IMG/VR virus record: IMGVR_UViG_3300029327_000042
Span: 1-58,660 of that record
DNA: 58,660 nucleotides
DNA from: a virus
Taxonomy: Duplodnaviria; Caudoviricetes
Strand: one strand, 5' to 3'
The translations under genes were made by a program, and so were the position numbers. Below, one piece after another: positions 18,850 through 28,444 of the stretch (position 1 is its first letter; each line of letters starts with the position of its first letter). The notes beneath the pieces were generated by a model. That model saw only the letters and a list, made by a program, of their open reading frames with translations. It ran no database searches and was not told where the DNA came from.

Positions 18850-19584
18850 ATGAAGTATATGAAGATAACTAACGAAATCTCCGAATTGTTGCAATCATAC
18901 GTGTATGTTTTCATCGATCCTCGGAACGGTGAGCCGTTTTATATTGGAAAAGGTTGTGGCAACCGTCTCTTCTCACACCTCGAAGATAACTCTGACTGCG
19001 AAAAGGTGGACCGCATTGCTCAAATTCGTGCGTCCGGTATGGAACCCGAGGTAGATCTTTTGCGGTACGGTTTGACAGATCAGGAAGCCGCTTTGGTGGA
19101 GGCAGCCGCCATTGACTTGATCGGGAGAACTTATCTTACCAATCGCATAGCTGGATATCACAAGGGAAGTTTCGGCCGCATCACTTCACAAGAGGTCATC
19201 GCTATGTTTACTGCCAAACCAGTGGAAGTGCGTCATAAAGCTATCCTAATAACGATAAATCAACTGTATCGAAGTAACATGGCACCAGAAGAGCTGTACG
19301 AAGCTACCAGGGGGATTTGGGTTCTCGGAGAGCGAAGAAATAAAGCGGAATATGCCATGGCTGTGTATCAGGGGATTGTCCGGGAGGTTTACCGGATTCG
19401 GCAGTGGTATCCAGCGGGGACTTTGAAATACACAACCCGGGACCCGTCGGAGTTTCGCAATACTCCGAATCAGGGCCGTTGGGAGTTCGAGGGGGAAGTG
19501 GCTGAGGAAGCGATTCGGAAAGAATATGTTGGCTTCTCTGTCGGCAAGGGGGGACAGAATCCGATTCGGTACAAGGGTATTTAG
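18850..19584 (+). CDS. LEM-3-like GIY-YIG nuclease domain protein
   Basis: YVYVFIDPRNGEPFYIGKGCGNRLFSH, EAALVEAAAID, LTN. Confidence 0.8.
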   Translation: MKYMKITNEISELLQSYVYVFIDPRNGEPFYIGKGCGNRLFSHLEDNSDCEKVDRIAQIRASGMEPEVDLLRYGLTDQEAALVEAAAIDLIGRTYLTNRIAGYHKGSFGRITSQEVIAMFTAKPVEVRHKAILITINQLYRSNMAPEELYEATRGIWVLGERRNKAEYAMAVYQGIVREVYRIRQWYPAGTLKYTTRDPSEFRNTPNQGRWEFEGEVAEEAIRKEYVGFSVGKGGQNPIRYKGI

Positions 19585-19611
19585 GCAACTATTTAAGATC
19601 GCATAATAACT

Positions 19612-20337
19612 ATGAACTTTAGACTCATTGCCACGGAAGTCGGCGACCTTCTCAAGTATGATACCACAGTCAATGAAATCCGAAGAGCGGCTGCGGCATT
19701 ATTCCGCTTTCGCGTTGAGGTATTCCCGAATGACAATATTACCTCTGCTCGAGCCCAGGAGGTCTATAACGCCATTCTCTCTTTGGCAAAACAGGAAATG
19801 AATAACGACGAGCGGAACGAATTATTGAAAAAGTTCTGCCGCCAGATAACGCCGGATGGTCATTGGGACAAGGTTCAGTTGATTATAGAGGATGGCCTTG
19901 GCATCACCTCCAGTGCCGAAAAACTAACGCATGGCGAGTTCATTGCCCGGGGTTTTCATCCTGAGATCATGGATCACTGTAGAAAGCTCTTCTCTCAGGG
20001 CAACTACTTTCATGCTGTGTTCGAGGCTTGCAAGGTCTATAATAAACAAGTTCAGCAGAAAGCCCAAAGTTCGGCTGACGGTGCGAATCTTATGCTTGAG
20101 GTATGGGGGTGCGAAAAAGGAACACTGAAGATTACTCCGTGCCAATCAGAGACTGACAGGAACGTACAGGACGGTGTCAAATTTCTTTCTGCCGGTCTGA
20201 TGCGGGCAATGCGGAACCCGACAGCCCACGAGCCAGCACTGCACTGGCCGATTGGAAAACAAGATTGTCTCGACATGCTGAGTTTTATTTCTTTTCTGTT
20301 CCGTCAATTAGACAAAGCAGTTTATTATAAGGGCTGA
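19612..20337 (+). CDS. TIGR02391-family protein (HEPN-like RNxxAH)
   Basis: FHPEI...NYFHAVFEACK...AMRNPTAHEP...LSFISFLFRQLD. Confidence 0.8.
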   Translation: MNFRLIATEVGDLLKYDTTVNEIRRAAAALFRFRVEVFPNDNITSARAQEVYNAILSLAKQEMNNDERNELLKKFCRQITPDGHWDKVQLIIEDGLGITSSAEKLTHGEFIARGFHPEIMDHCRKLFSQGNYFHAVFEACKVYNKQVQQKAQSSADGANLMLEVWGCEKGTLKITPCQSETDRNVQDGVKFLSAGLMRAMRNPTAHEPALHWPIGKQDCLDMLSFISFLFRQLDKAVYYKG

Positions 20338-20343
20338 CCGCCT

Positions 20344-21282
20344 ATGGAATGTATGAAAATAAGTGAACTAACAAGACGTGACATTACCGACGCCATCATG
20401 GCTGAAGGCTTTCAATGGAACGGTAGATTCGAAGAGACCGAATTTCTCAGTCGTCTTTTTGATTTGACGAAATTACCATCATACGATGGTAGGTTTCACA
20501 ATGCATCGGGCGACATATGGCAACATAGGGTAAACAACCTACACGATTGGGATGACAATTGGATTTTTTCTGATGATCGTTTCAATCTTATGGGTTGTGA
20601 GGATGACTTGTTCCTCAGGTTTCTTTGCGAGACAATCCATCCAGTTATCAGACCTGATGTCACCGAGGCTGAACGGATTTGCCAGCTTTATAATAGTTTT
20701 CTCAAAAACGACGGCTTTGAATTGGTAGAAAGAACAAGACTATCTGGAAAACCAATCTATATCGGTCGTTACGTCGGCTCATTACCATCACCTGGAGTGC
20801 AAATTATAAAGCAAACAATGAGCGGGATAGATGCTTCATATGTCACTCAACAAATTACGAGGATGGAAGCTTCTGTCTTGAATGATCCTGGATTGGCCAT
20901 TGGTACAGCGAAAGAGCTGGTAGAAACCTGCTGTCGAACAATTCTTCATGGAAGGGAAGTGGAAATTCCGAAAACAGCCGATCTGTCACAGCTTGTAAAA
21001 TTGACGAGCAGGGAGCTGCAACTGACGCCGGACGATATTCCTGATCAGGTGAAGGCTTCCGAAGTTATTAAACGGCTTCTCAGTAACCTTGCATCAATCA
21101 CACAAGGAGTCGCAGAACTTCGAAATCAATATGGAACAGGCCATGGGAAGCATGCTCACAGCAAAGGGCTTACTCCCAGACACGCGAAACTTGCCGTGGG
21201 GGCTGCATCCACATTGGCGGTCTTTCTTGTGGAAACCCATGAAGTGAGAAATAATAAATTGCAACAAGCTGGTAAGAAATAG
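20344..21282 (+). CDS. AbiJ-like N-terminal + Abi C-terminal domain abortive-infection protein
   Basis: FLSRLFDL...DIWQHRVNN..DW; LAIGTAKELVETCC; ELRNQYGTGHG. Confidence 0.8.
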   Translation: MECMKISELTRRDITDAIMAEGFQWNGRFEETEFLSRLFDLTKLPSYDGRFHNASGDIWQHRVNNLHDWDDNWIFSDDRFNLMGCEDDLFLRFLCETIHPVIRPDVTEAERICQLYNSFLKNDGFELVERTRLSGKPIYIGRYVGSLPSPGVQIIKQTMSGIDASYVTQQITRMEASVLNDPGLAIGTAKELVETCCRTILHGREVEIPKTADLSQLVKLTSRELQLTPDDIPDQVKASEVIKRLLSNLASITQGVAELRNQYGTGHGKHAHSKGLTPRHAKLAVGAASTLAVFLVETHEVRNNKLQQAGKK

Positions 21283-21342
21283 TAATTCGACTCTGGTGGT
21301 CCATCATCGATAATGCATCGGACTTCTATTGAGTGATAGCTT

Positions 21343-22164
21343 ATGCCCTGGTCATCACAACATCTTTCATGGTTAAAAGATACGGGCAGGGTCTTGCACA
21401 CAGCGGACGGAAAGGACGTTTCGATCTTCGAGTTTGCACATAGCCCTGATCCAAGAATCCTCTCGAAATGGGCGAAACATTTTCGGAATCACTACTGCTT
21501 TGATAATAAGATTGACGATCTTCGACGTGGCACAGGACTTTCCCGTTGCGACTATCTGACTAACTTAAAGTTTCCGCACGTCAGAGAACGTCCGGGGCCC
21601 AGTGTCCGGGCAGGCGATTTTGGCGAAATACTCGTTGCCGATTTTGTCCAATACATGCTCAACTATACGGTCCCCAGGACACGCTATCTTGATAAGATTC
21701 GCCGGAATCAGAGCCCCGAGGGCATCGATGTGATTGGCTTCCTGCAGGCTGATCCTAAACCGTCCCCGCAAGACGAGCTTATTACTTTCGAAGTCAAGTG
21801 CGCCTTAGCCAGTGCGAGTACCACCACTCTCCAGCGAGCAGTTAATGATTCGTGCAAGGATTTCAATCTCCGTAAAGCAGAGTCCCTTAATGCAATTAAA
21901 CAGCGACTGATGATGCAGTCAGAGGAAAACGCAGGTATGATCGCTGTGGTTGAGCGTTTCCAGAACAAAACAGATCGACCCTATAACGAGATTTCTGGGG
22001 CTGCAGCGGTCCATTCCGAGCATACCTATAGCGACGAGGTTGTCACCAGTGCGGACGCTGGATCTCATCCGAACCAAGAAAATCTCTTTTTAGTATTAAT
22101 CCGAGGCAATGAGCTCATGGCTCTCGTGCATGAGCTTTACCGGACAGCTGCCAATGAAGCCTGA
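21343..22164 (+). CDS. hamA: Hachiman HamA (DUF1837) nuclease
   Basis: WAKHFRNHYC, RAGDFGEILVAD, GIDVIG, FEVK; overlaps the downstream helicase. Confidence 0.8.
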   Translation: MPWSSQHLSWLKDTGRVLHTADGKDVSIFEFAHSPDPRILSKWAKHFRNHYCFDNKIDDLRRGTGLSRCDYLTNLKFPHVRERPGPSVRAGDFGEILVADFVQYMLNYTVPRTRYLDKIRRNQSPEGIDVIGFLQADPKPSPQDELITFEVKCALASASTTTLQRAVNDSCKDFNLRKAESLNAIKQRLMMQSEENAGMIAVVERFQNKTDRPYNEISGAAAVHSEHTYSDEVVTSADAGSHPNQENLFLVLIRGNELMALVHELYRTAANEA

Positions 22165-25100
22165 TAAAAATGCTAGATTATTGCTGGGTGCCACTCGGGC
22201 GATGGCGAAGATGCTGGAGTATGATGTCCCCGAAGAACACCGCCAAATTGATATTAAACGAGACCCCACCGTCCTGCTCGATTTAACTATCGGCATTTTA
22301 GGAGATACCTGTGCAGCCGCAAATAACCTAGATCAGGTAAGCCAAAACCTGGATCTCCAGCGTCAGCGCCTCCTTTTTTCATCCTACTACTTTGACGCCC
22401 TGCTCAACTCGAAAGCCAATGACAGTTTTTCTGAGTACTTAAAACTCCTTGGAGCCGGAACCTACTATTTATGCGACTTTCCCGGTAGTGCTCGGGTTTT
22501 GGTTGATAAGATTGAATCGCCCGATCTGGAAGCTGACGGCCTTGATTGGTTCACTTGGTCGTTGCTCGCCCACGACTTTTCGGACGAAATAGCTGAACAT
22601 TTCTCCGGAAAGTACGAAAGAATATTGAAACGGTTGCATTCAGAATTGGGGATTTTTTTCCGTGAGGGCGAGGATGAAGAAGGAATAAATCAACTTCTCA
22701 AAAGATTGAGGCAACGAGCGTACCGGGACGGCGCGGACCGGGAACTCCTTTTCGCTGATGTTGCCACCACCCTATGCAAGAAGAAGCTGGAGATATCCGC
22801 TTGGAATACGCTGCCTCAGTTTACCGGAATTGCCCAGGAACTCTGGAAGCCCTTCGTCCAAAAAACCGGCTCAATTTATGAGCTGTGGCCTGCTCAGATG
22901 CTCTTGGGTAAAAAAGGAGTTTTTGCCGGTCGTTCGGCAGTGGTACAAATGCCGACCAGCGCGGGCAAAACGAAAGCCACTGAATTGATTATTCGAAGTG
23001 CCTTTCTGAGCGATCGGACCAAACTTGCTATTATCGTAGCTCCGTTTCGCGCATTGTGCCACGAAATCTATGACGGACTGGCAAAACAGTTTCAAGGCGA
23101 AGATATCAGTCTTCAACTGGCTTCTGATGTGTTGCAGGATGATCTGAGCGACATGGCTGATCCACTTCCTTGTATTCTAATTCTCACTCCCGAGAAGCTC
23201 GATTATCTATTGCGGCAACAACCAGAGCTGACCAGCGTCACTGGGCTGATCGTCTATGATGAGGGCCATCTGTTTGATGATTCTAGTAGAGGAGTCAAAT
23301 ACGAACTTCTCTTGGCTTCATTGAAGAGAAGATTCTCCTCTGAGGTGCAGGTGGTTTTGATTTCAGCGGTAATCGGCAATGCAAGCGAGATCAGTCAATG
23401 GTTAACCGGCGATGACGAGAATTGCATACGTGGGCGAGATCTGCATCCTACCTATAGAACAGTTGCTTTCGCCAGCTGGCAAGACAGACTGGGTCAACTA
23501 CGGTTTGTAGAACCGGAGGACCCTGATCAATTTGCCTTCTTCGTTCCCCGCATTCTTGAGACACAAGAACTTGAAGTGAGACCACGGGAAAATCCGCGTC
23601 CATTCCCGAAGCAAGATGAGCCTGGCCATATTGCGCTCTATCTTGGGTGTAAAATGGTGCGGAATGGATCAGTGGCCATTTTCGCTGGAAGGAAAGATTC
23701 TGCGGCAAAAATGGCCAGCGATATTGTTGATGCCTTTTCAAGAAATCTGCAGCTGCCTAGTCCTGCTCGTTATTGCGACCCTGAAGAATTGAAAAAGTTA
23801 GTTTTCCTTTATGGACAAAATTTAGGAACAGATTGCATCCCGACCAAATCTGCTCAGTGTGGAATTTTCCTCCACCATTCCAATACTCCTCATGGAATTC
23901 GTCTTGCGCTGGAGCATGCTCTTCAAAATGGCAAAGTGAAATTTGTGATCTGCACTTCCACGCTTGCTCAAGGAGTAAACCTACCGCTCCGGTATCTCAT
24001 TGTGACTACAGATCGCCAAGGCAGAGAAAAGATTAAGATCCGTGATTTTCACAACCTGATGGGGCGTGCTGGCCGAGCCGGGATGTACACAGAAGGGACT
24101 ATAGTATTTTCCAATCCGGCTATTTTCGATAAAAAGATGAACCGTAGTGAAAAATGGCGATGGACCGATGCTAAAAATCTATTAAACCCTGAAAGATCCG
24201 AACCCTGCAAAAGTTTTATCTTGGCTTTGCTCAGTCCAGTACGCGGTCGTGATTCGAGATACGAAGAAGTTCGGTTTAAAGTCGGTCCACTCAGATTAGC
24301 CAAGTTATTTTATGAGGGCAGGGAGACTTTTGACGGCTTACCGGACCAAATGGTTGAAAGAGTAGGGGGAAATGCAAAACTTAGGGCAGACAACCGCGCC
24401 AGCATAGCGCAGCAGTTGAAAGATAGAGCCAATACCTATCAATCTATCAGTGCATTTTTGGTTCAGTACATGTGCGAAGCAGAAGAAAATGATGCATCTC
24501 CACGCGAGGCTGCTGAAGAATTACTACGTGAATCACTAGCTTTTTATCAGGCAACTGAAACTCAGCAAGGAATTTTGTTAGAGCTTTTTTCTTATCTTCA
24601 GGAAAGAATACTGAGTCTCGAGCCATCGCACGAAAAGAGAAAAGTATTTGCCAAGACAGTGTTTGACATCCCTGAGGGCCAGGCATTGCTGAAGTTGGCG
24701 GTGGATATTCTGCCTCAACTTCGGTCTGATATGGAGCTTGAGGAGTTGCTCCGGCTGTTTTGGCCGGCTCTTTACCGGTTTAACACCAATTCGTCGATCA
24801 GGACCTGCACTAGCGAAGAAGCTTTAAAGGAGGCGGGGACCGCCTGGCTGCAAGGGCGCTCCTTTGCAGAGGTATTTTCGTTGTTCAGTCGTAGTAGATT
24901 CGGGAGAAGGAAACCGACCATTGATCATGCGGTGGAGGTTTGTGAAAATGGGTTCGGCTTTCAGGGGTCGATGATTATCGGTGCTTGTATCGATCTTATG
25001 GGAGCTAATGGTTTGGACGATCCCACCATTGAAGAACGAGTGCGTCAATTTCAAAAGGCGCTCAAATACGGTTTGCCCACTGGGAAGGCGATTGCCGTTT

Positions 25101-25279
25101 ATGAGATGGGGTTAGCGGAAAGAGCACTTGCAATGGAACTGAGTAGGTTTGTGCCTCGCATCCCTTCGCGACGGAATATTGTCAGATCCTTTAGACGAAG
25201 CAATCGCGAAGTTCGTGAGATCGTCGACGTGTATCCGGAGTATTTCGAATCCAAGCTAGATGAAATACTGTCTTCGTGA
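22154..25279 (+). CDS. hamB: Hachiman HamB DEAD/DEAH (Ski2-like) helicase
   Basis: MPTSAGKT, TPEK, DEGH, TSTLAQGVNLP, NLMGRAGRAG. Confidence 0.82.
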   Translation: MKPDKNARLLLGATRAMAKMLEYDVPEEHRQIDIKRDPTVLLDLTIGILGDTCAAANNLDQVSQNLDLQRQRLLFSSYYFDALLNSKANDSFSEYLKLLGAGTYYLCDFPGSARVLVDKIESPDLEADGLDWFTWSLLAHDFSDEIAEHFSGKYERILKRLHSELGIFFREGEDEEGINQLLKRLRQRAYRDGADRELLFADVATTLCKKKLEISAWNTLPQFTGIAQELWKPFVQKTGSIYELWPAQMLLGKKGVFAGRSAVVQMPTSAGKTKATELIIRSAFLSDRTKLAIIVAPFRALCHEIYDGLAKQFQGEDISLQLASDVLQDDLSDMADPLPCILILTPEKLDYLLRQQPELTSVTGLIVYDEGHLFDDSSRGVKYELLLASLKRRFSSEVQVVLISAVIGNASEISQWLTGDDENCIRGRDLHPTYRTVAFASWQDRLGQLRFVEPEDPDQFAFFVPRILETQELEVRPRENPRPFPKQDEPGHIALYLGCKMVRNGSVAIFAGRKDSAAKMASDIVDAFSRNLQLPSPARYCDPEELKKLVFLYGQNLGTDCIPTKSAQCGIFLHHSNTPHGIRLALEHALQNGKVKFVICTSTLAQGVNLPLRYLIVTTDRQGREKIKIRDFHNLMGRAGRAGMYTEGTIVFSNPAIFDKKMNRSEKWRWTDAKNLLNPERSEPCKSFILALLSPVRGRDSRYEEVRFKVGPLRLAKLFYEGRETFDGLPDQMVERVGGNAKLRADNRASIAQQLKDRANTYQSISAFLVQYMCEAEENDASPREAAEELLRESLAFYQATETQQGILLELFSYLQERILSLEPSHEKRKVFAKTVFDIPEGQALLKLAVDILPQLRSDMELEELLRLFWPALYRFNTNSSIRTCTSEEALKEAGTAWLQGRSFAEVFSLFSRSRFGRRKPTIDHAVEVCENGFGFQGSMIIGACIDLMGANGLDDPTIEERVRQFQKALKYGLPTGKAIAVYEMGLAERALAMELSRFVPRIPSRRNIVRSFRRSNREVREIVDVYPEYFESKLDEILSS

Positions 25280-25468
25280 TGACCGTTGGCTGACAAGGCT
25301 TCTAAGTCATTTCAGCCCGTCTTTCTAGGCAATCTCATCGATGTTATTCTCTTTGCAGAAGCGGATTGTCTGTCTGCTGCCAATGCTTAGGAAAACAGCA
25401 ACTTAAAATCTTCATGGCTATTCCCACCCTCCTTTAATCACTCCCCCCTGTACCGCCAGGCTCACCGG

Positions 25469-25499
25469 AAACCGGTGACACCATAGTGACAAAGAAGTG
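25469..25499 (+). repeat. 31-bp direct repeat copy 1 (GTGACA at 11-bp period, arm-type sites)
   Basis: AAACCGGTGACACCATAGTGACAAAGAAGTG, identical at 30126-30156. Confidence 0.9.
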
Positions 25500-25612
25500 A
25501 TAAAAGTAGGCTATTGCTGATTAAACCTGACAACATTTACAACTCGACCTTTTGGCTTGTCTTAGCGGAATTTCCCTTGGTTAAGCCAAAAGCTGCACGC
25601 TGCTCATTCAGG

Positions 25613-25633
25613 TTCGAGTCCCGTCACTCCCGC
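25613..25633 (+). repeat. att core copy 1: tRNA 3' end (T arm + acceptor, tRNA-Asp-like)
   Basis: TTCGAGTCCCGTCACTCCCGC, identical at 30260-30280. Confidence 0.85.
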
Positions 25634-25640
25634 AGTTATC

Positions 25641-25664
25641 AAAAAAACGCGAAAGCGTTTTTTT
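25641..25664. terminator. terminator after att core
   Basis: A7-CGC-GAAA-GCG-T7. Confidence 0.75.
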
Positions 25665-25739
25665 GTTTTATCTAAGGTAAAAATTGGACGACCTATTGTT
25701 TAACTGCTCAAGGGTTTGTGTCAGATGTAGTCAATTTTA

Positions 25740-25767
25740 TGTCACAATGGTGTCACTATCGTGTCAC
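25740..25767 (-). repeat. three inverted arm-type sites (TGTCAC x3, 11-bp period)
   Basis: TGTCACaatggTGTCACtatcgTGTCAC. Confidence 0.8.
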
Positions 25768-25930
25768 TGAGAGTGGTAATTCTGAAATTTATGCTGTTTG
25801 GTTGATTAGCAATGGCTTTAGTATAGGCTTTTACTGATAGGGTGGTGACGGGTCTTGTACCCGACGCCTGCTTTTGATTAAGTATCGAAATCATACTATA
25901 ATAAAATGAGATAATAACTAAAATAAATGA

Positions 25931-26176
25931 GTGGAAAGTGCTCAAAGTAAATTGAAAAGAAAATTCAATAAAAAGTCTCTCAGATGGTGGAGTCTCGCAA
26001 TTGTCGTAGCCATAGTGTTGATTGTGACCCTGTGCACACTGTATGGGGAACTGTTTCCTGGTAAAACAGGTTATACTGATGGGGGATCATTCTGGAACTT
26101 TAACTCAAAAACCAAACTCCCTTTAGGAGGGGCAAACAATAATATTGATATGCAGCAAAAGAATTTCTTTAAATAA
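25931..26176 (+). CDS. small single-TM membrane protein
   Basis: Basic N-terminus plus TM helix; same 18-bp leader as 530-712. Confidence 0.6.
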   Translation: MESAQSKLKRKFNKKSLRWWSLAIVVAIVLIVTLCTLYGELFPGKTGYTDGGSFWNFNSKTKLPLGGANNNIDMQQKNFFK

Positions 26177-26200
26177 TTTGGTACATTTTAATAAAAAACA

Positions 26201-26989
26201 GTGGACAAAAATAAAAACAAAATTGTTGAAGTAATAAAGTCATCTAAATTAAAGGTGATCATTCTATGTATCATCGGTGTCTACTTCCTTGGCGTCCTTT
26301 TCATTTATCTTCGCCCAAGACCGCAACATCCTACAGGACTGATACTGGGTGGCGAAGATGAAGCGTTCGATAAATACTTGCAAGAGAAGAGCGAAAAAGA
26401 GAAACAAGAGCAGCAGAAACCGAAGCCTGGATCTATGGGTGGGAGACTTATTGGAGACGGCTGTTATAACCGAACGATGAAAGATGGGCAATTTGATGAA
26501 TACCATTTTAGGATAGATTTCAACAATGATCCAGCAAACACCTCTGTTCACTATGAAAACAAAGAGGCAGGTATAGCGTTTGATGTTCCATATAATAAGA
26601 ACTGGGGGAATAAGGATTGTCAGGTATTGCCGTATGTGCAGATAGGAGATCAAACAATAAGTAATTTGCTGGTCGACTTCGGTTCAGCACATGCATTTAT
26701 TGGACCTGCTTATCATTTTAGAATTCGGCCGAAAAGGACGGCGAATGACATAATCAATGAGCAAAAAGGGGTTGGTGGGGAACCAAATCCCAACCCGAGG
26801 TTGGAAAAAATTGGTCCATACACCGTAGTTGTTTATGAAAGCTATGGAATGGGTGATTCAAGAATTTACGAAGTAGTGGGAAAAACGGCTAATTACAAAT
26901 TCTCAACTTCGCCAATTGACGTCCAAAAGAATCCAAGTTCTCCAGAGTTAGAGAGAGTCATTAAATCATTGAAATATATAAAAGATTAA
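26201..26989 (+). CDS. membrane-anchored extracytoplasmic protein
   Basis: N-terminal TM helix; YENKEAGIAFDVPYNKNW and C-terminal ERVIKSLK, suggestive of a PsbP-like fold. Confidence 0.65.
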   Translation: MDKNKNKIVEVIKSSKLKVIILCIIGVYFLGVLFIYLRPRPQHPTGLILGGEDEAFDKYLQEKSEKEKQEQQKPKPGSMGGRLIGDGCYNRTMKDGQFDEYHFRIDFNNDPANTSVHYENKEAGIAFDVPYNKNWGNKDCQVLPYVQIGDQTISNLLVDFGSAHAFIGPAYHFRIRPKRTANDIINEQKGVGGEPNPNPRLEKIGPYTVVVYESYGMGDSRIYEVVGKTANYKFSTSPIDVQKNPSSPELERVIKSLKYIKD

Positions 26990-27091
26990 GAGACCAAATA
27001 CATTCGCAAAATGATGAACATGACTATTGTAGGTGCCTGACATTTTTAGTGGTATTCGTATTAATATACAAATAATTTAAAAATAAAAAAT

Positions 27092-27433
27092 ATGAGTATT
27101 ATGAATAAGCTTAGCAAACATATATTGTTTGATTGGCTCCATATTATACTTTCGTGCATCGGAATAGGAGCACTTACGATTCAGGCAGGGAGAGTCTCTA
27201 GAAATACTCTGTGTCATTGTTTTGAGCATGACTATGGGCAATGGGTGGCGTTTGTATTGGGAGTACTTGCCATCCCGGTACTTATTTTTGTAAACCGCTC
27301 TAATTGGAAGAATTCCATCGCACTTAAATACATCGTTTTGATAATCGTCATGATTATGTATGTTGTATTGTTTTTTAGTATTCTAGAACTTGGTAAAAAC
27401 ATTGTGCCTGTCGGTTTTCTGCCGCAACAGTAG
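27092..27433 (+). CDS. 3-TM membrane protein
   Basis: Three hydrophobic segments. Confidence 0.65.
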   Translation: MSIMNKLSKHILFDWLHIILSCIGIGALTIQAGRVSRNTLCHCFEHDYGQWVAFVLGVLAIPVLIFVNRSNWKNSIALKYIVLIIVMIMYVVLFFSILELGKNIVPVGFLPQQ

Positions 27434-27599
27434 GACAACAAAATGGGTCAAGTACTTTCGTCTAAAAATTTTTACGATCATAGGTAATGCATGACCCCTT
27501 CATTGGTCTCTCTGTTTTTTATTCAAATATTTAAGTAACCTTGCCTTTATAGATGATCGGTTATATTATTAAATAAAGTTAATATTGATCTTATAGCTT

Positions 27600-28145
27600 A
27601 TGTATAAGCTTCAAAAGAAGTATTTTGTTTTGTTACCAGCAGTCTTTTTGACTGTTTTTTTGTCTTTTGTCTTTTCTGATTGGTATATTAACCACAGAAT
27701 ATCGCAACCATCGGATATACACACGGATAACATTAAAAAAGAAGCCATCATCCCACAAGATACGCCAGCGGTACAAGAAACTGTTGCCAACCCTGTTGAT
27801 CCGGCACAAGAAAATAACCACCAAGAAGAGATAATCAATTGTAAGGCTAAACTTTATAGTGTTAAAGCGACAAAGGAACAATGCAATCAAATTGAAGTTT
27901 TGGATGCACGAGCTCAAGGAAGGATTGATGGATTAGAGCAAGAAGCTAAAACATACAACAATGAAAATGAGAAAAAAATGAAAAAATGTGACAACGCTTC
28001 CACCTCGGTATATCAAATTGTTGCTCTTACAAAGTGTTATAAAGCATTAGAAGATGACACCAACAAAATTTATAAGGAAAAAAAGTCTGAGGAGGCAAAA
28101 ATAAAAAATGACTTGGGGGATACCATTGATAAATTAATTAAATAA
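27600..28145 (+). CDS. membrane-anchored coiled-coil protein
   Basis: N-terminal TM helix; charged helical C-terminus with Cys pairs. Confidence 0.65.
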   Translation: MYKLQKKYFVLLPAVFLTVFLSFVFSDWYINHRISQPSDIHTDNIKKEAIIPQDTPAVQETVANPVDPAQENNHQEEIINCKAKLYSVKATKEQCNQIEVLDARAQGRIDGLEQEAKTYNNENEKKMKKCDNASTSVYQIVALTKCYKALEDDTNKIYKEKKSEEAKIKNDLGDTIDKLIK

Positions 28146-28444
28146 ACCGCCAAATTTCTAATTGGCTGATCATTATAATTAGAGAATTTGGATTATAATG
28201 GCTGTTGTGTTGAAGGATCAATATCGGCAATAGCAATTACTTATTTAATTGGAGTTTATAATTGTAAAAATTTGTTACCAAAACAACAATACGCAGATAG
28301 TTATTATTTGGATATGAATTCTGTAATGGGTCACATATTAATACTCAATAATTACAATATTGTATATTAAAGAAAACGCTATATCCTTTCATATAGCAAT
28401 TGGAAAGATTATGGATGTTTGTACAGAATATTTAAATTATTTAT

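Larger units (their letters stand above)
11964..25279 (+). other. anti-phage defence island (7 co-oriented genes)
   Basis: RM-like pair, GIY-YIG, TIGR02391, Abi and Hachiman lie on one strand with short spacers. Confidence 0.85.

Noticed and set aside
25560-25640. Intact tRNA genes at 25.6 kb and 30.3 kb
   Set aside because: Only the T-loop and acceptor 3' strand are present; upstream sequence cannot form the D or anticodon arms.
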